64,000 nucleotides of DNA from positions 1,188 to 65,187 of IMG/VR virus record IMGVR_UViG_3300031227_011455; one strand, 5' to 3'. A program made the position numbers and the translations under genes. Positions 8,726 through 19,200 of this stretch are shown in pieces (within the stretch, counting starts at the first letter, position 1; every line of letters begins with the position of its first letter). The notes beneath the pieces were generated by a model that was not told the origin of the DNA, ran no database searches, and saw only the letters and a list, made by a program, of their open reading frames with translations. The DNA is from a virus. Its lineage: Duplodnaviria > Caudoviricetes.

Positions 8726-9458
8726 CTGTTATACTATCAAAAAATGTTTGTATATAAAAATCAAAATATCGTCTTTTATCGATATCATTAGTATCTAAAA
8801 TATTAACTATGGTATCAGAGATTTCAAATTGTCCATATTGTTTTAAGAAAACATTAAACTTATTTCCTTTATTTGGAATACAATATAATCTTGAATTATA
8901 TGAATTTAATATTTCATCTTTTATATTTTGTAAACTTACAAACACAGATTGTTTATTTGCAAAATTTATAAATAATATCTTTTTATATATCTTATCCATT
9001 TCTTCATATCTATAAGGAACACCTTTAATAGAAATCTTATTTCCATCTGTTGCTATAAATTTAGTTCTATCTATGGATATAATAAAAACTGAAAAAATAT
9101 TTTGTAAACTTATTGGTAGATATTGATCTGTAGTTATCTTTAATGGTTTGGTTGACATAAACCCATCGTATTGTCTAATTAAAATATCATCTTTAAAAAT
9201 TTTATTTCTTAAAATATATTCGTCAATTAATGAGTCTGTTGTTGATCGTATAACGCTTGTTAGTTTTGGATTATCTCTCATTAACATTCCAATTTGAATA
9301 TTCCTTTTTAACTTATCTTCTTTTTCAATATTTGAAATATCATAATTTAAACTTTTTAAAATGTTATAATGACATGATGAGATATCATAAGAATAAACAT
9401 TATTTAAAAATAATCTACAATTTTCATTGATTTTCATAACATGTTTGTTTCCATTCAA
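8712..9458 (-). CDS. Small family-B DNA polymerase-like protein (palm/fingers/thumb only)
   Basis: Motif A-like YSYDISSCHY, motif B-like KLKRNIQIG, motif C-like RQYDGF, KGV, C-terminal IDKRRYF; no exonuclease domain. Confidence 0.6.
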   Translation of the reverse strand: MNGNKHVMKINENCRLFLNNVYSYDISSCHYNILKSLNYDISNIEKEDKLKRNIQIGMLMRDNPKLTSVIRSTTDSLIDEYILRNKIFKDDILIRQYDGFMSTKPLKITTDQYLPISLQNIFSVFIISIDRTKFIATDGNKISIKGVPYRYEEMDKIYKKILFINFANKQSVFVSLQNIKDEILNSYNSRLYCIPNKGNKFNVFLKQYGQFEISDTIVNILDTNDIDKRRYFDFYIQTFFDSITVEFL

Positions 9459-9472
9459 AAATTATATATAGC

Positions 9473-9500
9473 GGGATGGATATATAAATATATCCATCCC
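9473..9500 (-). terminator. Hairpin terminator
   Basis: Perfect inverted repeat gggatggatata/tatatccatccc. Confidence 0.65.
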
Positions 9501-9504
9501 TTCA

Positions 9505-9588
9505 ATCACTTGGTATGTCACTTTTTTAATCTTCGCGACGCCTGATCAAGCAAACCACAAGACCATTAGATGCATACCAAAGACTTTG
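9505..9588 (-). ncRNA. Candidate small RNA
   Basis: GC-elevated non-coding segment closed by an 8-bp helix (9573-9580/9510-9517), lying between a sigma70-like promoter and a terminator. Confidence 0.4.
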
Positions 9589-9591
9589 ACT

Positions 9592-9621
9592 AGTATAAGC
9601 CTTTTGACGATTTAACGTCAA
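9592..9621 (-). promoter_or_regulatory. Sigma70-like promoter overlapped by a palindrome
   Basis: TTGACG-N18-TATACT on the minus strand; palindrome TTGACG-N6-CGTCAA at 9604-9621. Confidence 0.45.
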
Positions 9622-9625
9622 CACA

Positions 9626-10372
9626 TTAGATAATATTAATTAAAACATTATCAATTTTTAATAAATGATTAATATCAACAACTTCACTTTGTTTCTTCAA
9701 AAACCAATTGACTGTATCTTCTTTTGTAACAAATACATCCTTGAATTTTTCAGCTTGTTTATATAAAAGCTGAATTGTTTCTACATCAACAGGATCATTA
9801 AGTGTATTTTTAATTTCATTTGCAATTCCTTCACGTCCATGAAGTTTGATAGAATCAACATTCTTCTTAATTTTTATTTTTTCATAAGGAATTACTTTTC
9901 CATCAACATTAGCACAAAATACAACAATTAAACCGGTTTTGACTCCATAACTTTTAATAAAAATCTCATCATTATAAGTATGTAAAATTTCAAAAGTATC
10001 GTTCTTATAAACCTTCATATATATTGGCGGTAAATTTAAAATAGGTCTACTAGAAGGATTATAGAAACTAATTAATTCCATTGATTCTGGATCAGTTCCT
10101 TTTTGTATTTTAAAAATAATACTATCTTTTGAATCAACATTTGAAACAGTTGCCTTTACTCTTGCCACATTATGAATAACTTCAGTCTCAACAGATTCAA
10201 ACCAATCATAAAAGTTTACTAATCCAATTTCTGGTTGTTCCTTTATAGTATTATCTTCTACTTCCTTATTATCAGATTCTGTGTTTTCGCTTACTTCTAA
10301 ATTATCAATATTTTCTTCTTCATTTTTAGGTTCTGAATTTAAATCATCAATCATTTCCTGGAGGTTTTCCAT
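9626..10372 (-). CDS. Hypothetical protein with acidic N-terminus
   Basis: 248 aa ORF. Confidence 0.75.
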   Translation of the reverse strand: MENLQEMIDDLNSEPKNEEENIDNLEVSENTESDNKEVEDNTIKEQPEIGLVNFYDWFESVETEVIHNVARVKATVSNVDSKDSIIFKIQKGTDPESMELISFYNPSSRPILNLPPIYMKVYKNDTFEILHTYNDEIFIKSYGVKTGLIVVFCANVDGKVIPYEKIKIKKNVDSIKLHGREGIANEIKNTLNDPVDVETIQLLYKQAEKFKDVFVTKEDTVNWFLKKQSEVVDINHLLKIDNVLINII

Positions 10373-10378
10373 CTTTTC

Positions 10379-10603
10379 TTACTCTGCTCCTTTTTTCTCT
10401 ATTTGATCTAATGAAATTCTCTTTTTTATTTTATGAATATAAATTACTCTATAAAAGTCATCCTTAATTCTTATTACATCTCTTATATTTGGAAAACCAT
10501 CATTATCTCCAATTGGTTCAATATTGATTCTTTTTATTTTGTCATTTTTAAATATTATTTTATATTCATTACCCAAAAACATAAATATGGTTCCAATTTC
10601 CAT
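10379..10603 (-). CDS. Small beta-rich protein with internal duplication
   Basis: Two similar halves (EYKIIFKNDKIKRINI / FYRVIYIHKIKKRISL). Confidence 0.65.
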   Translation of the reverse strand: MEIGTIFMFLGNEYKIIFKNDKIKRINIEPIGDNDGFPNIRDVIRIKDDFYRVIYIHKIKKRISLDQIEKKGAE

Positions 10604-10963
10604 TTAAACTCCTAAATCAATTTTCCATTTATCTTTAATACCTTCTTCCCGCCATTTTGATACATCAATAGCAGCATAAGATTCTAACGCAGCTCCGGAT
10701 AGTGCAAAGATCTTAATCAATTCTTCATAAGAATATGCAGGTGCTGAATTTTGAGAAACAAACTCTCTTGATGTCAATAACCATGATGGAAGTTTATCTA
10801 CCCATTTGGACACATAACTATTTTTTGCTTTCTTTAAATAATTATCAAGAAATAATAAGAATGATCCTAAATTTAAAGATGGATTATTTTTATAATCACC
10901 AAATACTTTAGTTTGATAATTCCTCTCTTTCTCGTATAATTTTAAAACTTCGTCTTTTGTCAT
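10604..10963 (-). CDS. Possible MazG-like all-alpha NTP pyrophosphohydrolase fold protein
   Basis: ERNYQ...EELIKIFALSGAALE pattern. Confidence 0.45.
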   Translation of the reverse strand: MTKDEVLKLYEKERNYQTKVFGDYKNNPSLNLGSFLLFLDNYLKKAKNSYVSKWVDKLPSWLLTSREFVSQNSAPAYSYEELIKIFALSGAALESYAAIDVSKWREEGIKDKWKIDLGV

Positions 10964-10975
10964 AACTCTCCTATA

Positions 10976-11659
10976 TCAATTTTTTCTATCTATTATATCA
11001 TCACATGATTGTTTTAATTCTTTTGATTTTTTATTTCTTTTTTCAGGTGTTCCATAAAATGATATTTCATAAATAAATGAAGTAATAAATTCATATAATG
11101 TATAATCCAATTTCACTTCTTCTGATATATTTTCATATGTTTTAGGAATTTCTTTTGTATAAACTCCATTTGAAAGTTTCATTGGAATATCTAAATAATT
11201 TTTTAATTCCCAGAAGTCTATTCCCCAATTTACATCTTTATTTTTATCTTTATCTTCTCCATAAATATCATAAAATATTTCACAATCATATAACAAATTT
11301 TTTGAATGATCTTTGGATAATGATATCATTTTTTTAATACAAATAGCACAAACATTATCATCTGGATCTATGCAATCTTTTCTAGGACATTGTGAATATT
11401 CTTCAATATACGAATTCATAAATGGATCTAATTTTTGAAAGATTGGATATCTAATAACAAGTTCAAACCAATCTCTTACTGTATAATTATTTTCTAATTC
11501 AATGTTAAAACATAATAATGAAAATGGATAATAATTATCAAACTTTACTAAAAACCCAGGAGTAAGAACATTATATTCACATTTTCTCTCTTCTAATTCA
11601 TCATTATAAATCCAATTTTTTTCACAAATATATCCATGTTTTTTTAATATCAATCCCAT
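10976..11659 (-). CDS. Hypothetical phage protein
   Basis: 227 aa; C-terminal YEISFYGTPE. Confidence 0.75.
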   Translation of the reverse strand: MGLILKKHGYICEKNWIYNDELEERKCEYNVLTPGFLVKFDNYYPFSLLCFNIELENNYTVRDWFELVIRYPIFQKLDPFMNSYIEEYSQCPRKDCIDPDDNVCAICIKKMISLSKDHSKNLLYDCEIFYDIYGEDKDKNKDVNWGIDFWELKNYLDIPMKLSNGVYTKEIPKTYENISEEVKLDYTLYEFITSFIYEISFYGTPEKRNKKSKELKQSCDDIIDRKN

Positions 11660-11668
11660 AATTAATCC

Positions 11669-12040
11669 TTATGCTTCTTCAATAATTACTCTACCAGAAA
11701 ATTTATCACCAGTTTTTTGAATGATATAATCTTCCAATATTTTTAAATCATAATAATATATTGCTCCAACATGCCAAATATTTATACTATTTGGTCCTAT
11801 CCTTTTATGTAAATAACTAGGACCGGTTTTATAATTATAAATTGTTATAATAATTTGGTTTAGGAGGAAAGTCCATGACCAGTCAACTTTATAATCTTTG
11901 ATAAATCCATTTGTTTTCCCAAAAACAGAAACAAGTTCTTTATAATTTAAGTTTATGTATCCTCTTAAACCTGTACCAAATAATTTATTAATATTATAAC
12001 CACAATTCTTTTTTATAATTCTTTGTTTTGTATTCTCCAC
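11669..12040 (-). CDS. Hypothetical phage protein
   Basis: GTG start with GGAG SD; LVSVFG...TIYNYK...WHVG. Confidence 0.7.
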   Translation of the reverse strand: MENTKQRIIKKNCGYNINKLFGTGLRGYINLNYKELVSVFGKTNGFIKDYKVDWSWTFLLNQIIITIYNYKTGPSYLHKRIGPNSINIWHVGAIYYYDLKILEDYIIQKTGDKFSGRVIIEEA

Positions 12041-12091
12041 TCCTTTATTACTCCTTCAAAACTTTTTATTATTTCATTCATTTTGAAGCAT

Positions 12092-13870
12092 TTACTTTTT
12101 ATCTTCTTTTGGATCATTATAAAATCCCTTAACAGATCTACTCCCATCTCTTCTAGAATCATAATATGTATTTAAACCAGTTGACACTGTAAATGAAGCT
12201 TTATTCATTCCTTCGCTTGTTGCTGCAAAAGCCTGAACATTTCCCATTGGTATATTTAATTTTTGACTTAAAATTTCCATATTTTGATTAGCGCCAAGGA
12301 AAGTTATTGTCCAATTTTCCGAATCTTGAACTTCTTTCATTTTTTGAGCTATTTTTTCATTATATCTACCAGGATATGTTTTAGAATTATTTTCATCTCC
12401 ATCAGAAACTACAACTAATAGAAAAGATGTTAAAGGATCATTAATATCAGGAGCTTTTTTCAAACCATCAATTGTAAGTCCAATTGCGTCATTTAGAGCT
12501 GTCATTCCGTTTGGCCAATAACTTTTTCTGTCTAGTTCTTTTAAAGAAGAATCAGATTCATTCCAATAAACTGGTTCTGGTACAATAGTATTAAACTTGA
12601 CCAGGCTAACTAAAGTTTCCATATCATTTGCATTTTCTTTAATTGTTTTAACCTGTTGATTAAATGCACCAATTGTTTCCTCCCAAATTCTAGCCATAGA
12701 TCCAGATTCATCAAGGACAAAAGCTATATAATTCTTTAATTTACCCTTTCTATCATCATATTTTTCTGAAACTTCTTGAGTTGATTCAAAAAGTCTTTTC
12801 TTAATAGAAACTCCAATTTTTCCTACTTCTGGTTGAAATAAAATAACCCTATCCCATTTTGTTCTCTTTCCAGGAACAACCCAATTCTCTTGCCACTCAG
12901 CATTTTTAATCCAAGATGGAATTCTATTTTTTCCAAATTTATGATATGCATACTCAACAGTTCTTACCGCAAAGTTTAATTTTGGAACTAATGTATATGT
13001 ATAATAATTCCTTCTTTTTGTTAACTCAAGTAAAGTTTCCTGATTATGTTCATATGTTACAAACTTTGTATCATTATCAGGAATATCTAAATCAGCTTCA
13101 AATGATTTAACTTTAATTTTTTTCCCTGGAATTTTCTCAGAATGTGGCCATTCAGCCGGAGCATCTTTTGGTGGATAAGTTATTCCTTCATCCTTCATTT
13201 TCTTAATTTCCTGAAAATAATAGGAAGATTCCTCTTTTAATCTTTTGATAAGTTGTTTGGTCATAATATAATATTGACCAAATAGACTACTCCATCTATT
13301 GGGATGTACAAAATTAGTGAAATCTATTTTATTATCAAATACTAATTTGTTTTCAAATAGAAATTTATTTTCTTTAGCTGTTGGTATAAATCCTAGATTC
13401 ATAAAACCTTCGTGCCAATCACCATCTAAATCTGTAATTGAAAAGTTTCTTGATTCTCCAACACCTTCAGATGTTACAACATTCATATCTTTAATACGAA
13501 CAGAAAATGAAAAGACATCCTTATTAGCAATTAAACCAGTAATCTGACCATGTCTATTTTCTGAAGATACAACCGCTTCACCTTCTTTAATTGTTTTTGC
13601 TCTCATACTTTTATATTTAGGAATATTAATTACAGCATTTCTTTCACATAATTCAAACAGAAAACATGCTAAATCAAGATCAGTTCCTACAAAATTTTCA
13701 TCTATATATGCAGGTCCGGGTTTTCTTGATTCTAAATCATATCTCCACCAACTAATTACTTTATCAAAAACCTGTTCTATATCAGATTCCTTATCTCTTA
13801 TAATTTCCATAATTGGATTTTCTAAAATTGATGTTAATGTTTTAGCTACTACCTTTTTCTCTTTACTCAT
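12092..13870 (-). CDS. Unknown N-terminal domain fused to a von Willebrand factor A domain
   Basis: MIDAS DESGS, GMTALNDAIG, SDGDENNS, FLGANQ in the last ~215 aa. Confidence 0.8.
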   Translation of the reverse strand: MSKEKKVVAKTLTSILENPIMEIIRDKESDIEQVFDKVISWWRYDLESRKPGPAYIDENFVGTDLDLACFLFELCERNAVINIPKYKSMRAKTIKEGEAVVSSENRHGQITGLIANKDVFSFSVRIKDMNVVTSEGVGESRNFSITDLDGDWHEGFMNLGFIPTAKENKFLFENKLVFDNKIDFTNFVHPNRWSSLFGQYYIMTKQLIKRLKEESSYYFQEIKKMKDEGITYPPKDAPAEWPHSEKIPGKKIKVKSFEADLDIPDNDTKFVTYEHNQETLLELTKRRNYYTYTLVPKLNFAVRTVEYAYHKFGKNRIPSWIKNAEWQENWVVPGKRTKWDRVILFQPEVGKIGVSIKKRLFESTQEVSEKYDDRKGKLKNYIAFVLDESGSMARIWEETIGAFNQQVKTIKENANDMETLVSLVKFNTIVPEPVYWNESDSSLKELDRKSYWPNGMTALNDAIGLTIDGLKKAPDINDPLTSFLLVVVSDGDENNSKTYPGRYNEKIAQKMKEVQDSENWTITFLGANQNMEILSQKLNIPMGNVQAFAATSEGMNKASFTVSTGLNTYYDSRRDGSRSVKGFYNDPKEDKK

Positions 13871-13906
13871 TTTTTAATCCTCTATTTAATAAGTATTATT
13901 ATGATA

Positions 13907-14194
13907 TTATGACGCATCTAAAAGAGCTTTTTTACATTCATTAATTTTAGATTCTAAGTCACTAATTTTAAATTTTAATTTTTTTTTAAAATGTTTAGCT
14001 GCTGCCCTTTTAGTTTTATAAACATTTTCCTCTGGTACGATAATTTCTCTACTATAATCATTTTCAATGACTAAACAATGAGCTTCATACCAAATACCAT
14101 CTGCTTGTGTCATCTTTAAAACTCTTACTTTTAATAGTGTTGGTATATGTAAATTATATGTCCATCTAATTTTCCCAATTATATCTTCATACAT
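13907..14194 (-). CDS. Hypothetical protein (small beta domain plus coiled coil)
   Basis: 95 aa ORF. Confidence 0.65.
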   Translation of the reverse strand: MYEDIIGKIRWTYNLHIPTLLKVRVLKMTQADGIWYEAHCLVIENDYSREIIVPEENVYKTKRAAAKHFKKKLKFKISDLESKINECKKALLDAS

Positions 14195-14195
14195 T

Positions 14196-14705
14196 TTATT
14201 CCTCTTTTTTTAGTAATTCTTTCACTTTATCCAATTCTTCTTTTGTATGGATAACGCCTCCGCTATTTAAATCAAGATACCATTGTAAAACTTCTTTTCT
14301 AGTTTTTAAATCATTTATATTAAAAACAAAATCTACATCAACAGGTAAAATATCAAAATCTTTTAAATAATTATTTCCGAAAACTGGTATCTCGTTTCTT
14401 AAAAATCTTAAAACAGTTTCTAACCTTTGTTTTCCATCAACAATTTCAAAAGGTCCTTTAAAATTATACATCCATCCTGGACAATTAAAATATAAAATCC
14501 TTGATGATTTTCCACCTTTTAAACTAAATTCTAAAAATTTTATTCTCTTTTCATCATCCCAAACATGAGCTCTTTGAAAGTCTGGATTTAAATCTAATTT
14601 TGGTTTTTCATCTATAAAATAGGTTGATTTTTGTAGATGCTTCCAACTTACGTTTACATTGTATGATCCTGATCTTGTATACTGTTTAATATCTCTAAAT
14701 TTCAT
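14196..14705 (-). CDS. DUF262 / ParB-like domain protein
   Basis: LNPDFQRAHVW and IVDGKQRL motifs, LNSGG. Confidence 0.8.
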   Translation of the reverse strand: MKFRDIKQYTRSGSYNVNVSWKHLQKSTYFIDEKPKLDLNPDFQRAHVWDDEKRIKFLEFSLKGGKSSRILYFNCPGWMYNFKGPFEIVDGKQRLETVLRFLRNEIPVFGNNYLKDFDILPVDVDFVFNINDLKTRKEVLQWYLDLNSGGVIHTKEELDKVKELLKKEE

Positions 14706-14982
14706 CTCTAATAAGTTTCCTTAAAATTTTTCGTTTTTCCTTAATTATTTTTTTGGAATTGGTAATATCATTTTCAATAATTAATTTTAATTTTTCTATC
14801 GCTTGGTTTTCTGTATTAAATGTATAATTTTCAATTAAATATGATGATGCTACATTTAATTGACCATCTTCTTTATTAAAATAAAATGTATTATAATGGA
14901 TCTTTTCAATTATTCTTCTTACAGGTTTATTATTTTGAAAATCAATTGTCCAAACTTCATCTCCTGCTTTTCTTTCATTCAT
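14695..14982 (-). CDS. Hypothetical protein (GDEVW family)
   Basis: N-terminus resembles 14984-15247. Confidence 0.65.
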   Translation of the reverse strand: MNERKAGDEVWTIDFQNNKPVRRIIEKIHYNTFYFNKEDGQLNVASSYLIENYTFNTENQAIEKLKLIIENDITNSKKIIKEKRKILRKLIRDEI

Positions 14983-14983
14983 A

Positions 14984-15247
14984 TTAACTCTCTAATAATT
15001 TTCCTTTTATATGACCCAATGCATTAATTTCTTGTTGTAGTTCTGTAAGCTCTTCATTTATATATTCAATTAATCCGTGAGTTGCTTCTTTTTCAAATTC
15101 GTAAATGTTTTCTGGAGAACATTCAAAATCTTCAAAAATTATGATTGGATCATCTTCAATAACAAACGATTCAATTTTTCTTTTTACAACTTCATATGTA
15201 TCAACATTAATTGCCCAAACTTCATCACCAATCTTTAATTCGTCCAT
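14984..15247 (-). CDS. Hypothetical protein (GDEVW family)
   Basis: GGAG SD; LKIGDEVWAI plus C-terminal coiled coil. Confidence 0.7.
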   Translation of the reverse strand: MDELKIGDEVWAINVDTYEVVKRKIESFVIEDDPIIIFEDFECSPENIYEFEKEATHGLIEYINEELTELQQEINALGHIKGKLLES

Positions 15248-15312
15248 AACTTCTCCTTAATTAAAATTCATGTAAATGTATCATAATACCAATTTGGTTA
15301 CATTTTTATAAC

Positions 15313-16173
15313 TTATAAGAAATATGTTCCATTAAATCCGTTAGGAATTCCGCGCCATGATATTGCATATGCATCTGAAGTATGAAGTGTTTCATCATGT
15401 TTACATTTAATTATCCAATCGTATAAAAAAGATTCTTTATCTAAATCAGTGCATATTCTTCTAATTGAATCTTCTACAAATTGAGGGTTTTCATATGCAA
15501 TTCTTGCAACTTCCATTTCATCCATCCGGCGTAATGAGGGATATACTTTGTTAGATACTGCATTTTCAATTAAATCTATTAATTGTTCTAACCAAACTAC
15601 ATTCTCGGGAAGAACTTCTACTAATAAATTCGCGTATGATCTCTGAGCATGTACAAATCCATTGGATCCATTTTTTCGCAAGTGCTCACATAATGAAGCA
15701 CTGCAACTACAATAACTTGCATATTGAACTTGAACTTTTTGAAAGAACCTAAAGTTTTGATGATCTAATCTTCCTGAAAATGAACATTTATAATATTGAG
15801 GAAACTCTATCAAACTTTTTGGAGCCACTCTATTTAAAGGAAGATCAAATTCAAAAGTTAATTGGCTATGTTCTGAATCAGTTTCTACTGCGGTTTTAAA
15901 TTCTTCTAGAAGCTGCCGTATAGTTTCATGTTTTAAAGGTTTATCAAGGTAAGTCATTAAAGTTCTTAATAATTTCCCCATGGATATTCCTTTTATTGAA
16001 TCTTCTAAATCTGTACTCATTGAAACATTTGCATTTAAATGTTTAATTCCCTCATGCATAGTTTCTAAAAGAAACGGAACCTGTACATTCTGAACACCTA
16101 TCTGATTTATATAGTATGGAAATTCAGACTTTGTATCGTGCTGAAGGTCTGGAAGATTATCTAAATCTATCAT
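15313..16173 (-). CDS. folE2: GTP cyclohydrolase type IB (FolE2/MptA family)
   Basis: LPDLQ, KGISM, SYCSCS, HAQRS, NPQFVED, ETLHTSDA motifs. Confidence 0.88.
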   Translation of the reverse strand: MIDLDNLPDLQHDTKSEFPYYINQIGVQNVQVPFLLETMHEGIKHLNANVSMSTDLEDSIKGISMGKLLRTLMTYLDKPLKHETIRQLLEEFKTAVETDSEHSQLTFEFDLPLNRVAPKSLIEFPQYYKCSFSGRLDHQNFRFFQKVQVQYASYCSCSASLCEHLRKNGSNGFVHAQRSYANLLVEVLPENVVWLEQLIDLIENAVSNKVYPSLRRMDEMEVARIAYENPQFVEDSIRRICTDLDKESFLYDWIIKCKHDETLHTSDAYAISWRGIPNGFNGTYFL

Positions 16174-16206
16174 TCTTTTTTATTCTCCTTTTCTTTTTTA
16201 GTTTAT

Positions 16207-16242
16207 GAGGAAATAGATTAAATAAATTAAATCTATTTCCTC
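16207..16242 (-). terminator. Hairpin downstream of RNAP beta (set 1)
   Basis: 13-bp stem gaggaaatagatt/aatctatttcctc. Confidence 0.6.
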
Positions 16243-16252
16243 GTATTAATTT

Positions 16253-19200
16253 TTATTCATCCATATCTAATCCGGTTACCATTAAATAATTTTTTAACAA
16301 TTCAACTGCTTCCGGAACTTTTGATATATCTTTTTCATCTTTTAAATAGTTAGAATCAATAATACTTTTAATATACTGATTTTTCAAATCAATACAATCT
16401 GATTTTGTTGTTATAAACTCTGATAAATTATCAAGAGCACCATGACCAATTAAACAATTTGTTTCCATTTCTCCCAATCTCTGACCACCATGATTTTTTC
16501 TTCCAGCTGGAGGTTGGAGAGTTTTTCTATTATACATAGCAATTGATCTAAAAGCAATTTTATGAGCTGCAATATGAACCATTCTGAAAAAATACATATA
16601 ACCAACACATATTTTATTTAAAAGAAAATCATCTATAGAATGATCAAAAACTTTATATTCAGCTGGAGTATTTGTATATTTCATAGCTTCAATTATCATA
16701 TCAGCTGACGATGATTCAAATGGAGGTTCAATAATTGTAATGCTTTTTATAAAATCTTCATTTATTTTAATATTTTCTAATTGTTCTTTAAATTGATTAT
16801 AATACCATCCATTATTTGTATTATCAATAATTTTTATATAGTTTAAAAGATAATTTTTTATTTTTATATCTCTATCTTCAATTATTTCTTCTTGGCTAAG
16901 AGATTCATTAAACATATTTAATAAATTATTTCTTAAATCATTTATTGACATTGCTAAATTTGCTTCAAAAACTTGTCCTACATTCATTCTTGAAATAATA
17001 CCCATTGGATTAATGCATATATCTACATTTCTACCATCTTCTAATTTTGGCATCTCATTGTGTGGTAATATTTTGGAAATAACTCCTTTGTTTCCATGTC
17101 TATTTCCAATTTTATCACCAACCTCAATGTTTCTTAAATAAATTGCATTCATTTCAACATATATGCCATTAATTTCTTCACCCTTGATTTTATATTTTCC
17201 AGAATGTGAAAATTTATCAAGATTATTATCTCGAATGAATTGTAAAGCATTTGGTTTTGACATTCTTTGGTAAATTATATCTTGTATTGATTTTTCTTCA
17301 TTTATTTGTCTTTCTTTTGTTTCTTCAACCCATTCTACATATTGTTGAATTTGATCATTATATTTATTAACATAAATATTAACAGATGGGACAAATAAAT
17401 TATGTTTAGCTATTAATGGAATTTCTTCTTTAAAAACAGAATTATATTCTAATGGATTATCAGGCATCTCCTTTAAAATAGCATAAGGATTTCCCTTATT
17501 TATAATATCATATTTCTTTTTTAATTTGTTTCCATTTTGAATATTAAATGGTTTTGGAAGTGGTTTATAATTATTATTTTCTAATGAAATTAAAATTTTT
17601 GACTCTGGAATTGTAAAGGATAAATCTTTCACATGTATTGATGTAAATATATTTTCCTTAACTAATTTATCTGAAATAATAATTCCATCTTCATAATTAT
17701 ATCCATCTTTTGACGTAATTGCAGTTAATAAATTTTTTCCTATATTTATTTCACCATTTTTACAAAAGTTACTTTCTGCAATTATATCTTTAGCTTTTAC
17801 TTTATCACCTTCTGAAACATATACTTCCATCAAATCAATATTTTCTACATATAATTTTCTCATACTAACATTAATTAAATCAAAATCACCATCATCATAA
17901 GCAATCATTATATAATCAGAATCAACATAAATTATAATTCCATCTTTTTTAGCTCTTTTAATAAATTGGGTATAATCTGTATATAATTGTTCACACCCAG
18001 ATTTAACCATTGGTTGATCGAAATTAAATAACATAATAGCTTGTCTCATCTGAGAAGAAGCCATTTGTAATCTTGTTTGATCATCATTTCTTGAAAATGG
18101 AACCATTGTAACAGGTATAGATATAGGTTGATCTTTTAAAGTTTTTTCTGTGAATTTTAAATTTTCATCTAAGTCAACATTTGGTAAAAGATTTTGTAGT
18201 ATACCACAGTTTTCTCTATCTGGTGTATCTACAGGACAAACTCTACCAAACATTGATGGTTGAATATCTCGAAGATAATAAGGGACATTTTCTTTTTTAA
18301 ATCCTCCAGGTCCAACTAAACTAGTCCTTGACAGCAAAGTTAGTTCTTCAATTGGATTTATTGAAAAGTCGAATTGAACAATAGTTGATACATTAACATC
18401 AGATAATATTTGAGATGAATTGATATTAAATTTTGGTTTTCTTGATGTTCTATTTGACATACAAAGATCAAAAACAGCTTTTGATACTTTTGATAATATC
18501 ACATATTCAAAACATCTAATCCTTTTGTTTATAAAATCTGTATCATCAATATCGTTTATTTTTATTACTTCTAAAAGATCTCCAAGAACAGTTCCTGTTG
18601 TAAAGAATTTTGCAGACATTAAATCAGTTTTTAAAATTAGATCAAGACCATAAATTAAATCTTCACCTTTTACTTTATAGTCATATGTTGAAAAACATTT
18701 ACCCGTTTCTTTTATAAAATCTTCTCTAGTATAATCTTCTGAAGATAAATAAAAATCTTTTAAGTCAAATAAAAGTTTATCATAGGTTGATAAACTCTTG
18801 ATGTTTTCATCATCTATTTCAATTTTAGAAAAGTCAAACATTTCTGCAATTTTATCATAACCATAATATGAAAACATTACTAAAACAAGAGGAACTTTCT
18901 TACCAAAAATTGAGATATGAACATAAGGAAAACTTTTTTCTTCAAAAACCATTAAAGATGCTACATTAGTTCTCATCTTAATATTTTTTCCTCTAGTAAC
19001 AAAAGGAATATCAAATAATTGAAATAATGGAACTTTCTTTCTACCACCAATAATTATATAATTATCATCTATTAATTTTGGAATTGACATTGAAAGATCA
19101 ATAACGGCTTCGCCTTTTTGTAATTTAATTACTAGATTACTTTTTAATGTTCTAAATAATTCTCCAGATGAAAATTTTGTATCTTTAATTCCAAAATCTG

